A DNA stretch of 64,000 nt from Euprymna scolopes (Eukaryota), in assembly GCA_053919585.1 (NCBI GenBank), contig CM132790.1; one strand, written 5' to 3'. Positions within the stretch are counted from its first letter, which is position 1, and the number at the start of each line of letters is the position of its first letter. Both the position numbers and the translations under genes were made by a program. Of the stretch, positions 1-12,360 are shown piece after piece. Under the pieces are notes generated by a model. That model worked only from the letters and a program-made list of their open reading frames with translations. It was not told where the DNA came from and did no database searches.

Positions 1-67
1 TAGGTTATTAAAAGTGTTAGCCAGTAAAGTTGAATATCTCTCCTCTCTCTGTCTTTATATATATATA

Positions 68-126
<59 letters not shown>

Positions 127-499
127 GCACATCTTATCTTACTTGTGATAATATTATTGGAATTCATTCCCTTTTTCTTGTACTTATTTGTGAATTATTC
201 CACGGATTTCTGCCTTTTTTATTACTTTGGGCAATCTTCCAATTAAGCGATTTCCTTGGATTTTACTTGTGCGAATGGAAATTTAACCAATTTTCTTGGA
301 TTCTGCTTTTTTGGATATTACCGTAATTGGATACTATACCCTCCACCAGACTACCCATTCAAGGGAATCGGGGAGAACTTGAATGCCTACTGGGGAGAAC
401 TTGAATGCCTACTAGACACTGTCCTCGAGTGTCTAAGGTCTCTCTGTACAGGGGTTTGCCAGAACAATCTGGCATGAGGATACTTTTTCCATAGAAGTA

Positions 500-589
500 A
501 ACCCTGACCAAATATTCAAAATAACATAGTATTCGCAGCTGAGTGGCTTCCGAGCCTTGATAAGTGGTGATCACTGTGTAAAAAAAAAG
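500..589 (+). mobile_element. 3' tail remnant of CR1/Jockey-group LINE, family A
   Basis: gagtggcttccgagccttgataagtggtgatcactgtgt-polyA matches the tails at 4237-4285, 7248-7290 and 21180-21229. Confidence 0.6.
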
Positions 590-924
590 TACCCGGGAAA
601 CTTCTATTCTGAAACGGTGACCGTAGGACACGGTGTTTTCAGGTAACCATGTGGAATACGATATTTTCCGACCCCTGGTAACGGTATTTGCCCTGCTTTA
701 CGGTGTTATTTAGAATGCTATTTGATTATATACATGTGTATTATATACTGCAATGTATTTTGTTATTAATTTTTAATGCCGTATGTCAGAGTTCTATTGT
801 ATTGCAAATAATAAGAAACTGTTACAAATCTTGTTAACATTTCTCATCAGCCTTCTTCATATCAATTTCTTAAATTCAAATGTGACTTTTTGTGCACGCT
901 GTACAAATAATGTCATTATTGCAG

Positions 925-970
<46 letters not shown>

Positions 971-1129
971 GAGATATTGTTTGTATTACAATATAAAAAC
1001 GCGAGCATTAAAAGTAATCTAGCTAAGCTTAAACATTTAAATATATATATATATATATATATTTAAAGGGGGTTACAGCATTAGTCTAAAGAGCAGAGTG
1101 TATTTTAATGTGATAGTAAAATTACAAAT

Positions 1130-1380
1130 TTAATTAAAATACAAGAAAAGAACATATTTGGCGACTCAAAGATAAGAATATTTCCTTCAATTTTCCTTTT
1201 CAAATTTCAATGGCAAATAATAGGATCATATAAAGGATATACACCAGGAGATTATGTGCACTTTGTACACAGGAGATTTTAAAATATGACGATATAAAAA
1301 ATAGAACCACCCTCCTAAATTCAAGAGAGGAGCTTATATTCTCATGCAATCATAAACGTTGGTTTAAATTTAACAAATAT
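1130..1380 (+). mobile_element. Decayed C-terminus of a Neptune-type PLE GIY-YIG endonuclease
   Basis: Frameshifted translation WQIIGSYKGYTPG..LCALCTQEIL...LLNSREELIFSCNHKR parallels the 10920-11070 copy and the Neptune pattern C.LC..E....LN...EL...C.H. Confidence 0.55.
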
Positions 1381-1728
1381 AAACCACCATAAATCATTAA
1401 AAATGTTACTTATTAATATTCAATCTTGAAATTTAAGTTTAACTTAATACTCTTGTTAATAAAATTTGGATCATTAATATTATTACTAATATTAGTTTAT
1501 CTGATATATTTACCATTATTGTATATTATTTAAATATCTATTTAAGTTTAACCTATACTATATTTATTTATTAATTTCAATAAATAAATACATTATGGTT
1601 CCAATTTCTAAAGTTATTTGTTATTGTTAAGTTAGTAACTATTTCTTGTTAAAGTTTTGTGTCATTCGCTGCATAAAAAATGTGTTAAATAAAGAATAAT
1701 GGGATATGTCCAACACTTATTTCCCCCA

Positions 1729-1803
<75 letters not shown>

Positions 1804-1829
1804 AACAGAGAGAGAGGGAGAGAGAAAAG

Positions 1830-4285
1830 GGGATTTTATACATATTTAAGGTTCACAATGTGAAATGGTTTAACTCAAACGTGACAGATGATAATGCGAG
1901 GTTCTGTCACAATTTCTCCGTTACTTACAACCTAACTCAGATTGTTCACGAACCCACCCGAGAGCCGGAGACTTACGGTCAGTATGCAAGTCTCCTAGAC
2001 CTTTTTCTCACAGCTTGCTCAGAGCTATGTTCATCTTCCGTTTTCTCTCCTGAGATCTCCGACGACTCGGTTGTATTAATTAATATTACAACGAAATGTA
2101 ATAAGTCATCAGATGTACACCTCTATCCTTACAGTATGGCTGACTGGGATAGCTTCGCAAATTTATATTAGATCTACCTCTGGGTTAATGTTTAATAAGA
2201 ATGTGTCTTCTATAGTATCAGACCTGACGACATAGTTAATTGTAGGTATAAACCGCTTCATACCCTTCTAAAATTCCAGCAGAAACCTATCAGCCAGTCG
2301 TGATTTTCTCCAGAAGGTGCTGCTTCCGTTGTACACAGAAATCACTTTTCCCATTGCTTCCAACGTAATAGATATACTGAGAAAAAAAACACTTTCAGCA
2401 ATGCTATAAATCACTGTAAAAGAGAAATAAAGAACACGAGAGTTATATCCACAGTCCATTAATTCCAGAGTAGTTGAGCTGCGGCTGAGTTCCCACCAAT
2501 TATGGCAAATAGCATATAGGATCCTAAACAGAAACGTGTGCCCTATCCAAACCATCATCAAAGAACCTGGGGTAATCTCGTCAACATCGGACAAAGCCAA
2601 ATTCTTTGCCAAGAACTTTGCAGCTAATTCTACCCTATGCGATCAAAGTCGCCCCCGTATTTTCTCCTGTATCTGCAAACACACTATGCGACATACAAAT
2701 ATCCGTGCATGATGTTGCCAAGATTATCAAAAACCTTGATTCCAGTTAAGCAACTGGCCCTGAAGACATTCTAATTATAGTGCCGAAAAAACTTCAACCA
2801 GAACTAGCTCCCATATTTGCAAAGCTGTTTAAGCGTTGTCTTCCGAACACCCTGGAAAACCTCATTAGTATGCCCCTATATTTAAGAATTCGAATGATCG
2901 GACATCTCCCTCTCAGTAGAGTCCAGTGTGCGTCATAAGTAACTTGCTGGAATCTGTGTTAAATAGAGATATAGTCAACCACCTCAAAAAAAAAAATAAC
3001 CTCCTTAGTGACAATATGGTTTCCGTTCTGCTACATCTACAGCAGATGTGCTAAGATTTTATCTCTTGACGGAGGCTTCCTTTCTAGGGCAATTGATTGC
3101 TCTTGACATATTAAAGGCCTTTGATAGGGCATGGCCTAAAGGTCTACTCCACAAAATCTCCAGCTACACTATAGATAATTAACTCATTTCTTTCTAATAG
3201 GTTCATAAGAATAACGGTTGATGGGCTAAAATCAGAAGCTAACAGTGTTAATGTTGGAGTCCCTCAAGGATCTATCCTGAGCTTAACTGTTTTCATGAGC
3301 TACATTAATGATCTCCCAAATCACATCCTAAGATTATTCGTAAACATTTATTTTGACGACACTACCATCAAGGAAACCACTTTAATTCCGTTAATGACAA
3401 AGTTCTCTCTGATTCTCTCTCTCCTCTGATCTTGAGCACGTGGTACAATGTGGGAAAGAGGTGGGTGATTAATTTTAATGCATCTAAAGCCAAGCTTCTG
3501 TCTTTACATCATTAACGCTCTGATACACGTCTGGCATAAATTGAAATAAATGGTTCTAGTATTGGGGGTGCTCCGTGTTTTGACAAACTTATGGGCTTGA
3601 CCTTTACTCCTGATCTGAAATGGAACACACACACCAAATCCATTGCAAAAGTCACTGGGAAAACGGTAGGATCATTTTACCGCTCCAGTAGATATCTCAC
3701 GGCTGATGCAATTCGCTACCTGTATAAGAGCTATGTACGTTCAATGATGGAATACTGTTGCCAGATCCGGGCAGGAGCTGCTAGAAAGCTCTTATCTCGC
3801 ATTGACAGAGTTCAGATTAAAATTCATGGGCTAGTGGGGGATACTCTTTTCACTTTCCTGCAACCTATTTCCCTCGGAAGAGAGGTTGCTTACCTTTCTC
3901 TGTTTTATAGTTTTTTCATGTCAAGTGCTCGTTTAAGCCCTAATCTATGGTCCTCCCTCGCCAAACCTTCCCGAAAAACACTAGTTTAGCTGAAACCATT
4001 ATCAATAATTTCCCCCATTCTTTATCTGGACCTAAACCTAAACGTAGATTCCAGGATTAAAGCTTCTTTCTGCGAAGAACTTCCAGCTGATTACGATATG
4101 TTTCTCTTCAAGTCCAACGTAAACAAGTTTTTGATGGGCCGTTCCCTTTCATAATCCGATTTACGAAATTCACACTACTAACAATTATTACGATATTGTC
4201 CCATTGACTACTGTACACACCTGGACCCTTATCCTCGAGTGGCCTCTAGGCCGTGATAAGTGGTGACTCTTTTGTGAAAAAAAAA
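1830..4285 (+). mobile_element. Decayed CR1/Jockey-group LINE (family A): partial APE endonuclease, RT and 3' UTR
   Basis: LTQIVHEPTR..LDLFLT (APE); ALDILKAFDRAW ~3099; GVPQGSIL ~3256; IYFDDT ~3345; YLYKSYVRSMMEYC; poly-A at 4277-4285; many stops and frameshifts. Confidence 0.9.
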
Positions 4286-4429
4286 GAAAGAGGCCGTTAA
4301 TATAAAAACTATTATTATAAGAGTAATTTAAACTGCGATTAGATTGTAGAAAGTGATAATCATTTTACATTTCAATATATCGCAACATTTTTATTAATGA
4401 TAATAATGATGATGATGATTAAATGAAAG

Positions 4430-4575
4430 AATTGAACGCATTAACTTGCACATGCTCATTGGACTCATGTCAATTCATTTCAATTTCGGAGAAAGTATTA
4501 AGCGTGAACTTACGAACATCGACGTGTGAAATTAGCACACAACACGTAATTAAGTATTTTGCTTATATTTATATC
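4430..4575. repeat. Dispersed ~140 bp repeat, copy 1
   Basis: Shares atgtcaattca..aatttcgg..aagcgtgaacttacgaaca..tgaaatta with 9860-10000; both are preceded by (GAT)n. Confidence 0.65.
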
Positions 4576-4882
4576 GCGAAANNNNNNNNNNNNNNNNNNN
4601 NNNNNNNNNNNNNNNNNNNNNNNNNNNNNNNNNNNNNNNNNNNNNNNNNNNNNNNNNNNNNNNNNNNNNNNNNNNNNNNNNNNNNNNNNNNNNNNNNNNN
4701 NNNNNNNNNNNNNNNNNNNNNNNNNNNNNNNNNNNNNNNNNNNNNNNNNNNNNNNNNNNGTATACACACTCTTAATTTTTTCATATTTTCCGCCCTGTCT
4801 CATCAGAAGAATGAGAACTCATTAATTTTAAAAGAAAGTAAAAATAATATAGGCATGATTACATAAATTTAAAAAATATCGG

Positions 4883-4923
<41 letters not shown>

Positions 4924-4964
4924 TATGTTTTAAGAAAAGTACAAAAACCGAATGAAATTATTAA

Positions 4965-5011
4965 AATAATCAACGTTTCGTCCTTATTTCAGAGGGCATC
5001 TTCAGGATATT
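4965..5011 (-). ncRNA. Minimal type I hammerhead ribozyme (left arm copy)
   Basis: Reverse complement: aatatc CTGAAGA t GCCCT ctgaaata AGGAC GAAA CG TT gattatt; one stem II mismatch. Confidence 0.7.
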
Positions 5012-5848
5012 GAAGTAAAAATGCAAGAAAAGAAAAAGTCATAGATCGTACGAAAAAGAGAACAGTTTTTGAATCCTACCCATGTCGGGAAGGACAAACA
5101 TATGTGTGCGTATGGGAAGGGAAGGTTGGGTTGTTCGATGTCTATATATACACTTTTAAAAATGCGCTAAAATAAATATGTACATTTTTTTTCCTCCTGT
5201 AAACTTATTCACTTTGTTGAAATATTTAAGGAAAAACGGTTAGCCAGGATCTGTTTTGATATTTTGTTCTTTGTATTATTATTTTCCCTATGCTAGGGGT
5301 TAAATGGTAGAAGCCTTTTCGTTGCGTAATAGTATTAGTATTTAATATTAGTGCTGATTCTAAAAGTCTTCTTTTAGCTCTATCTATCACGTATTTAATA
5401 ATTTTCGCTTGATCTAAATTAAATGAGTGATCGTGTTCTTCACAATGGCAAAAGAGTGAATTTAGGGCGGTACCATTCCTTATATCTCTTCTGTGTTCGT
5501 TAAGTCTTAATTTCAATTACTATTTCAAATACTATTACGCAAAGAAAAGGCTTCTACCATTTAACCCCTAGCATAGGGAAAATAATAATACAAAGAACAA
5601 AATATCAAAACAGATCCTGGCTAACCGTTTTTCCTTAAATATTTCAACAAAATTAATAAGTTTACAGGAGGAAAAAAAATGTACATATTTATTTTAACGC
5701 ATTTTTAAAAGTGTATATATAGACATCGAACAACCTAACCTTCCCATACGCACACATATGTTTGTTCTTTCCCGACATGGGTAGGATTCAAAAACTGTTC
5801 TCTTTTTCGTACGATCTATGACTTTTTCTTTTCTTGCATTTTTACTTC

Positions 5849-5895
5849 AATATCCTGAAGATGTCCTCTGAAGTAAGGACGAAACGTTGATTATT
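5849..5895 (+). ncRNA. Minimal type I hammerhead ribozyme (right arm copy)
   Basis: aatatc CTGAAGA t GTCCT ctgaagta AGGAC GAAA CG TT gattatt; intact core, 5-bp stem II, GUU triplet. Confidence 0.8.
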
Positions 5896-5965
5896 TTAAT
5901 AATTTCATTCGGTTTTTCTACTTTTCTTAAGACATAACGTCAACCACCGCTGGTATTTTTACATT

Positions 5966-6040
<75 letters not shown>

Positions 6041-6588
6041 GTCCCAAAAAGATGTATACACACTCCTAAACTGTCTTTGCACTTCAACAGCGTTTTCATG
6101 CTCCTAGTTACATTTTAATTCCGTTGTTCTGGCGAATTCCATTCTTTATTTTAATTTTCACACTTTTGCACCGATTTGCCCTGGTTAACACCCAAATATA
6201 AATTTTCGCATGAGTTCGAATCCCCTATATATTAAGTTTGATGTCTGTAGACCAAAACTGACAGAAAAGTTTGCTAGGCATTTTTTTTTTTACAAACATA
6301 TATAGGCATTCAAATATATATATAGAAAGAAGTTTATGTTTACTATAACTTCTTTGCGCAAATATTACGCAAGTATAAATAATGTAGAACATCTGCATGA
6401 ATATAATTACATGTAATAGTAAACTAAAAATTATCATTCAATAAAACGAAAAGAAACTCTCATAGGGAATTAATTAAAATGAATGTTTTAAAGAATATGT
6501 AAATAAGCTAGATCTTTTGCAGATGAATGCAATTCCACGACTCATATATAACAAAGTTGTATTTTCTTTTTAAATAAATAGAAAAAAG

Positions 6589-6762
6589 TTTTTTTTTGTT
6601 TTTAGGAGTCACCACTTATCAAGGCACGGAGGCCACTCAGGATTAAGGGTTATTGCGTGTACAATAATCAATGAGATAGTATTGTAGTAATCATTAATAT
6701 TGGAGGTTTGGTAGAGTGTCTTACTTAAGGAGACGATTTGTCAGGAAGTTGTTTATGTTGGA
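6589..6762 (-). mobile_element. LINE family A 3' end, inverted
   Basis: Reverse complement encodes SNINNFL, followed by accctt..gagtggcctccgtgccttgataagtggtgactc and poly-A. Confidence 0.7.
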
Positions 6763-6806
6763 TTTATGTTTTTAATATAAATATCAATATACAAAAGTAT
6801 AGGAGT

Positions 6807-7286
6807 GTAGCCTCGTAGGAGATGTCCTTTTCTCTTCCTTGCAACCTCTATCTCACAGAAGAGATGTTGCGAGTTTGTCTCTGATGTATCGTTATTTTCA
6901 TGGAAAGTGTTCGATTGAGCTTCAATCTATGGTCCTCCCTCGCCAAACTTTCACAAGAAACACTCGTCTAGCTGTAAGCACTATCAATAATTCCCCCCAC
7001 TCTTTATCTGTGCTTAAACCTAAACGTAGATTCCATGAACAAAGCTTCTTTCTTAGAACTGCACGCCTGTGGAATTGTCTTCCGTTTTCCTGCTTTCCGG
7101 CTGACTACAATATGGTTGTGTTCAAGTCTAACGTAAAGAAGTTCTTGATGAGCCAATCCATATAAGTTATCAAATTTACCAAATTTTCATTACTAATGAT
7201 TACTATATTGTCCAATTTCTACTGTACACTCTTTAACCCTTATCCTTGAGTGGCCTCTTGGTCTTGATAATGTGGTGATGCCTATG

Positions 7287-7290
<4 letters not shown>
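6807..7290 (+). mobile_element. 5'-truncated LINE family A
   Basis: ORF 6839-7165 (LQPLSHRRDVASL..RTARLWNCLP) plus family A tail; differs from the 20771 ORF at 10 of 108 aa. Confidence 0.9.
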
Positions 7291-7323
<33 letters not shown>

Positions 7324-7560
7324 CAGAGCGACTGGACGTTGTTCGGGATTAACTTACGGTCATCAAATACTTTTATTGTCATTAAAGTCGATTAATTCCC
7401 CTATTTTTTAAATCAATTCATTGCCTATTCGAGTTAGGGAGCCCCCTTTCCCTGTACTTCAGTTCTTTTCTTTATCAGCTGTGATACTTTTGTTTATAAT
7501 GTACATTTCTAATCGTTTTATACTTTTCTTTCTTTAAAACATTCGCCTGCTAATAAAAAC

Positions 7561-7601
<41 letters not shown>

Positions 7602-7763
7602 AGAGAGAGGGGGAGGGGTGTGATTGAAAAAAGATAGATATATAGATAGTAAAAAATAGGTAGAGAAGAGTGTGAGAAAGTGGAGGTAAAAGAAACAATA
7701 AAAAGTAAAAACAAAGGTTAAACTAGATACAGTGAGATTGAAATTGATAGATAAAAATATATA

Positions 7764-8490
7764 TACAAGTTGACTTCAATTAGTTTCCAGTCCTATTTTC
7801 TGTACAGTCATTTAACAATGTCGTAGACTCTTTAAAATTCAGTATTTTATTGCTATACAGCTATGAATTGACTGACCAATTTTTATAATTTCCCATTGAA
7901 ATGAACAGCTACAGTATATATTTAGAATACCCACTACTAAAGCCTGTCTGTCACAGCTGAGGAATTTTAAAAAATGCAGGCTGGACGCAAGGACAATTTA
8001 AAAGAACGGTTTACACTAATATTCTGTTTTAAAATTGGTAAAAATGCCATATAAACGTATGAAATGCTGCCGACATCTTGCATGAATCGAGCATCTGTTT
8101 TCGAGTGACATAGATTCAAGGAAGCCAGGGAGTCTGTTAGGGATTATGAGAGGTGTGAGAGGAGTAAGAAAACTAGACTCCCAGATTTGATTGGCCAAAT
8201 AAAGAGTTTCATGGATAAAGACCGTCGTGTTCCTATAGAGATAGTAAGTGCAGAGTTTTATATATATGAACCGTACACACAATTATTTGCAAGGAACTGA
8301 AGTGTCAGAAGACTTGCGCGAATGCACCAGTCCACAGCTCCATCTTTGTCACAGACTATTTGACCAAGATAGGTGTCAAGACAGTTCCTTGCTTTCCCTA
8401 TAGCACAGACCTTGCTTTTTGTGATTTGTAGTTGCTCTCTAAGCTCAATGAAAACCTTACAAACTCGTTATGATACAATTGAGGATAGGA
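7764..8490 (+). mobile_element. Internally deleted mariner transposon relic
   Basis: FCFKIGKNA..MNRASVFE*HRFKEARESVRD (HTH), then NAPVHSS..PYSTDLAFCDL (YSPDLAP.D motif); stops and frameshifts. Confidence 0.8.
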
Positions 8491-8521
8491 AAGGTTGAGA
8501 CGTGCGTTCGAAATTCCGTGC

Positions 8522-8575
8522 AGATTCCCGAGTTCGACAGAGAGATTCCCGAGTTCGACAGAGAGATTCCCGGGC
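8522..8575. repeat. 21-bp tandem repeat, ~2.5 copies
   Basis: agattcccgagttcgacagag repeated. Confidence 0.85.
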
Positions 8576-8759
8576 TCAACAGAAAAATATACCTGAAGAA
8601 ACCTTTGGAAAATAACACTAGTTTGAGGAATTCAGATAATACGTACAATCAATCATCATCAAAAATTTAGAAATCTAAGAGATATATTAATTGCAAACAC
8701 ATATAATTTATGATATAGACAGGCAGTCTTTTTTTTTCTACTTTTCTGCTTTGTTTATT

Positions 8760-8985
8760 CACTGTAGTTACAGACGTTTTTTCTTAGCCTTACATATTTT
8801 CATCTGTATTTAATATTCAACCCTTAAATGCGTGTTGTCATCGTTGTTTGTTCGAACTGACCAAGTATTCAGAATAGATAACTTAATATTACAGATTATT
8901 TGTGCCATCTCTAACCGTGGAGTTTGGTTGCTGATAAATAGATGTAGATGGGGGATTAATAGATGGTCGGCCTATTGTTGATTTA
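8760..8985 (-). repeat. Unclassified dispersed repeat (pairs with 20135-20375)
   Basis: Shared caacaataggcc.accatctattaat ... gttgaatattaaata. Confidence 0.55.
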
Positions 8986-9755
8986 CACCTGTATAACGAT
9001 AGCACATATTTTACTAACATTCGCTACCATTCCCCCTTATTGTACTAATCTCATTTGTGCGGATTCACATAATTGTACGATATTCCTTCATTAGCTGTTG
9101 TAAATTTGTTTTGCCTGCTCTATGTCATACCAGCCATATTTTAATTATCAAACAGCAATAGAGACCATTTTATGCTATTAATTAGACGTAGATTGTCATT
9201 TTTTTTTACTACTGGTTAGTATATATTGCCGAAGTATATGACGATTATGTTGGCGAACGGGTACCGTTGAAGGCAGATGTATCAAAATCTGGTAAACTCA
9301 TTGATTTTGTTGAATTGTGAGATGCGGAAGTCGATAAATCAGGCTTACATGACGTAACTTGTTTTAAGCTGACGGGATCGCATGTGTTAATAAGAAAACG
9401 CGCATCTAAATTGTTTAACACATCGGTAATATAAATAAGCTATGCATTTTAAAAGTATATCTCTCTATCTCACTCTCCCTCTATTTATAACTCATAAGTG
9501 AAAGTCCACCCTTACTTACACGCTATAATAATGAAGGTTCAGAATGTACTGTCACTTATGCTTCGCATCAAAGTACATATTAATCTCTATCACTCGTTTT
9601 AAGTATAGCGATTTCAGTTGCAACAATTATAACACTTAAACGGATGGAAAGCAGTTTTTTTTTACTAATTTGTATAACGTGTTAAACCATGATGGGAAAT
9701 TGTAGAAAGGTATTTTGATTCTAAACCTAATCAACATATTAGTATATTTTTTCAT

Positions 9756-9756
<1 letters not shown>

Positions 9757-9818
<62 letters not shown>

Positions 9819-9846
9819 CGATGATGATGATGATGATGATGATGAT
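9757..9846. repeat. (GAC)n(GAT)n compound microsatellite
   Basis: Direct read; explains the poly-D and poly-S ORFs. Confidence 0.95.
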
Positions 9847-9859
9847 TGCCTCAAAATGG

Positions 9860-10000
9860 TTGTACGCATTGACTGGCATATGTGCGTTGAAGTAATGTCA
9901 ATTCAATTAAATTTCGGTGAAGGTTTAAGCGTGAACTTACGAACACCGGCTTTTGAAATTAACGCTTAACAAGTAATTACGCATTCGCTTACATTTATAC
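9860..10000. repeat. Dispersed ~140 bp repeat, copy 2
   Basis: Matches 4430-4575. Confidence 0.65.
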
Positions 10001-10001
10001 G

Positions 10002-10036
<35 letters not shown>

Positions 10037-10082
10037 AAAATTGCGTATATCAAAAGTAAAAAGAGACCTATAATATCCTTAC

Positions 10083-10165
<83 letters not shown>

Positions 10166-10168
<3 letters not shown>

Positions 10169-11920
10169 TGTACAAAACTCTTTCAATAAAAACTCAATCA
10201 GGATTTCTTATTCAACAATGCCTAATTTAGCACAAATAATCTTAACATCTAATAACCAAAAAATTAAATCAGCCCCAAAAATCCCTTTCCCAGTTAAACC
10301 CAAAACTAACTGTAATTGTAATAACAAACATCGCTGTCTACTCAATAATGATTGCATCTATAAAGATGTCATATATTCATGCACAATTACTGAGCTCCCA
10401 CGCAATCCTCCCATAACAGACACTTATTTTTCGTCTTCAAGTTATCCTTCTTCCCAACCTCCATCTGGTATAGTTACTAATCCAATATACCACTCGAGCA
10501 GGCCCTCCATCTACAATCATACAACTAGCAATGATAATAATGATGATAATAACAATATTAATAATAATAATAATAATAATGAGAATAATGATATTTCTCC
10601 TAACAGCCATCCTAACACTAACAACACTCATTATCGCCTCCAAAATAGTCCTCGTACAATCATTGCCCCGTCCTTTGTTGAACACTATGAACAAAATTCT
10701 AACTACTTTATTAATACAAATCAGCAAATTATATTAATATCAGACCTCGAGCTTTTAATAAAGTACATACATATATCGGCGCTACTTCAACATTAATTAA
10801 GAAAAGAATATTAAACCACATTTCTTCATTTAACAACCATAATTCTAATAAAAATCAAGGAACTTCTCTAACCACTTTAATTAAAAAACTTCCTCTAATA
10901 ATACCCCATACTCAATCAAATGGACTATCATAAAAAAGTTAAGTCTTATACTCCAGACCCCAAGTCATGTCGCCTCTGAAAAATCGAAGCTATAACTATA
11001 ATTACTTCCCCTCCAAGTATCACTATAATAAATTCTACAAACGAACTGATCTCTTTCTGTAAATATAAGTCAAAATTTAATCATGGTAATTTTGAAATTA
11101 CATAGTTATTACTTTAATCTTTCAGATAGATATATAATTTTTCTTTAACATTATCGTTTTTTCTACATACTTTCTTAATACTTTATAACTTAATAATCCT
11201 TTATTTTAATTCTTTATTTCTTCTTTGCTTGGCCAGTTTTTTATCTGCAATTTCCGTTTTAGTCTTTAAATATTCCTATTTATCTAATATATCGATCTAC
11301 CCACATATTCATATGCTGTATGTATATTTACTTATATTTTGCTATATGCATTTAATTATATTCTTACTTCCTTTGTCCGGAATTTGCAGATACCGGCCAT
11401 CCTCTCCCCTCAAAAAATTATTTTTTATTTTATATTTTATTTTGTTCTTTTATTTATTTATTATTTATTTATTTATTTATTTATTAATTTACTGTTTCCA
11501 TTTAGTGTCTTTTAACAACTCGTGCTGACATTTTCTTAAGTAATAACCTGAACATTTCAGTTGACCTATTTTTCTCCTATATTTTTCGCGCCTTTTAACA
11601 TCATTTTGTGGATAATTTACCTTTCACCAGACTATCCATTCACGTGTAATCACCTTTTTCTTCACCATATTCCCTCTGCTTCACTTTTTGTTATCAAGTA
11701 AGATCTTTGACTGACTTTCAGTTTCATCAAATACTTTTATATGCAAAATCCGATCACGCAGTTTGCACATTTCTACCCTCTGATTAAAAGGAAAGTATTT
11801 CTTCGAAACTTCGCGAATTAAGGACTATCCATTTATTAAGTGTTTCCTTTTCAGATTAAGTATGTTTTAATTCTTTTTCAAAGTGCTTTTTAATATGTTT
11901 TATTAACTATTTGCTCTTAT
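10166..11920 (+). mobile_element. 5'-truncated Neptune-type PLE (Cys linker, GIY-YIG, 3' UTR)
   Basis: FNKNSIRISYSTMPN, CNCNNKHRCLLNNDC, DVIY, YIGATSTLIKKRILNH (10772), KWTIIKK..SCRL, NELISFCKYK; between (GT)n and (TA)n. Confidence 0.8.
11776..11824 (+). ncRNA. Degenerate hammerhead motif in PLE 3' UTR
   Basis: ccct CTGATTA aAAGGAA agta TTTCTTc GAAA c TTCGCGAA t TA agga; G8 mutated; palindromic stem III. Confidence 0.5.
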
Positions 11921-12317
11921 ATATATGTATATTTATATATATATATATATATATATAGCATGACCCCCCAAAAAACGGACCCCAACCCTAATTAGGCCCT
12001 GTTTCTTAGTGGTTTGTCCGAATGAAATGAACTTTTGGTTATAACTAGTTTATTATATTCAAACTATCACATCAAAACACTAGGGTCTTTTGCCTTTTTT
12101 TCTCCGTTGACTGTAAAATGCTTAGAAAAACAATTGAATGTCCTCTGNNNNNNNNNNNNNNNNNNNNNNNNNNNNNNNNNNNNNNNNNNNNNNNNNNNNN
12201 NNNNNNNNNNNNNNNNNNNNNNNNNNNNNNNNNNNNNNNNNNNNNNNNNNNNNNNNNNNNNNNNNNNNNNNNNNNNNNNNNNNNNNNNNNNNGTGTATGT
12301 GTAAATTTATATGTATA

Positions 12318-12360
12318 CTAGACACCCGTGACCCGTTATGGCTAGCTATGCAACGGTGAG
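12318..12360 (-). mobile_element. Helitron-like 3' terminus
   Basis: ACTAG next to a ccgtt...aacgg hairpin. Confidence 0.4.

Larger units (their letters stand above)
4924..5936 (-). mobile_element. PLE 3' end with inverted pseudo-LTR (arms ~4924-5336 and ~5528-5936)
   Basis: Minus ORF 5226-5516 (LKLRLNEHRR..LFCHCEEHDHSF..RRLLESALI) is a GIY-YIG C-terminus; ~410 bp near-identical inverted arms; flanked by (TA)n and (CA)n. Confidence 0.85.

Noticed and set aside
4765-4812. Minus-strand CTGATGA...GAAA
   Set aside because: No credible stem II
9180-9420. Ser/Thr-rich minus-strand reading frame
   Set aside because: Interrupted by stops, no recognisable domain
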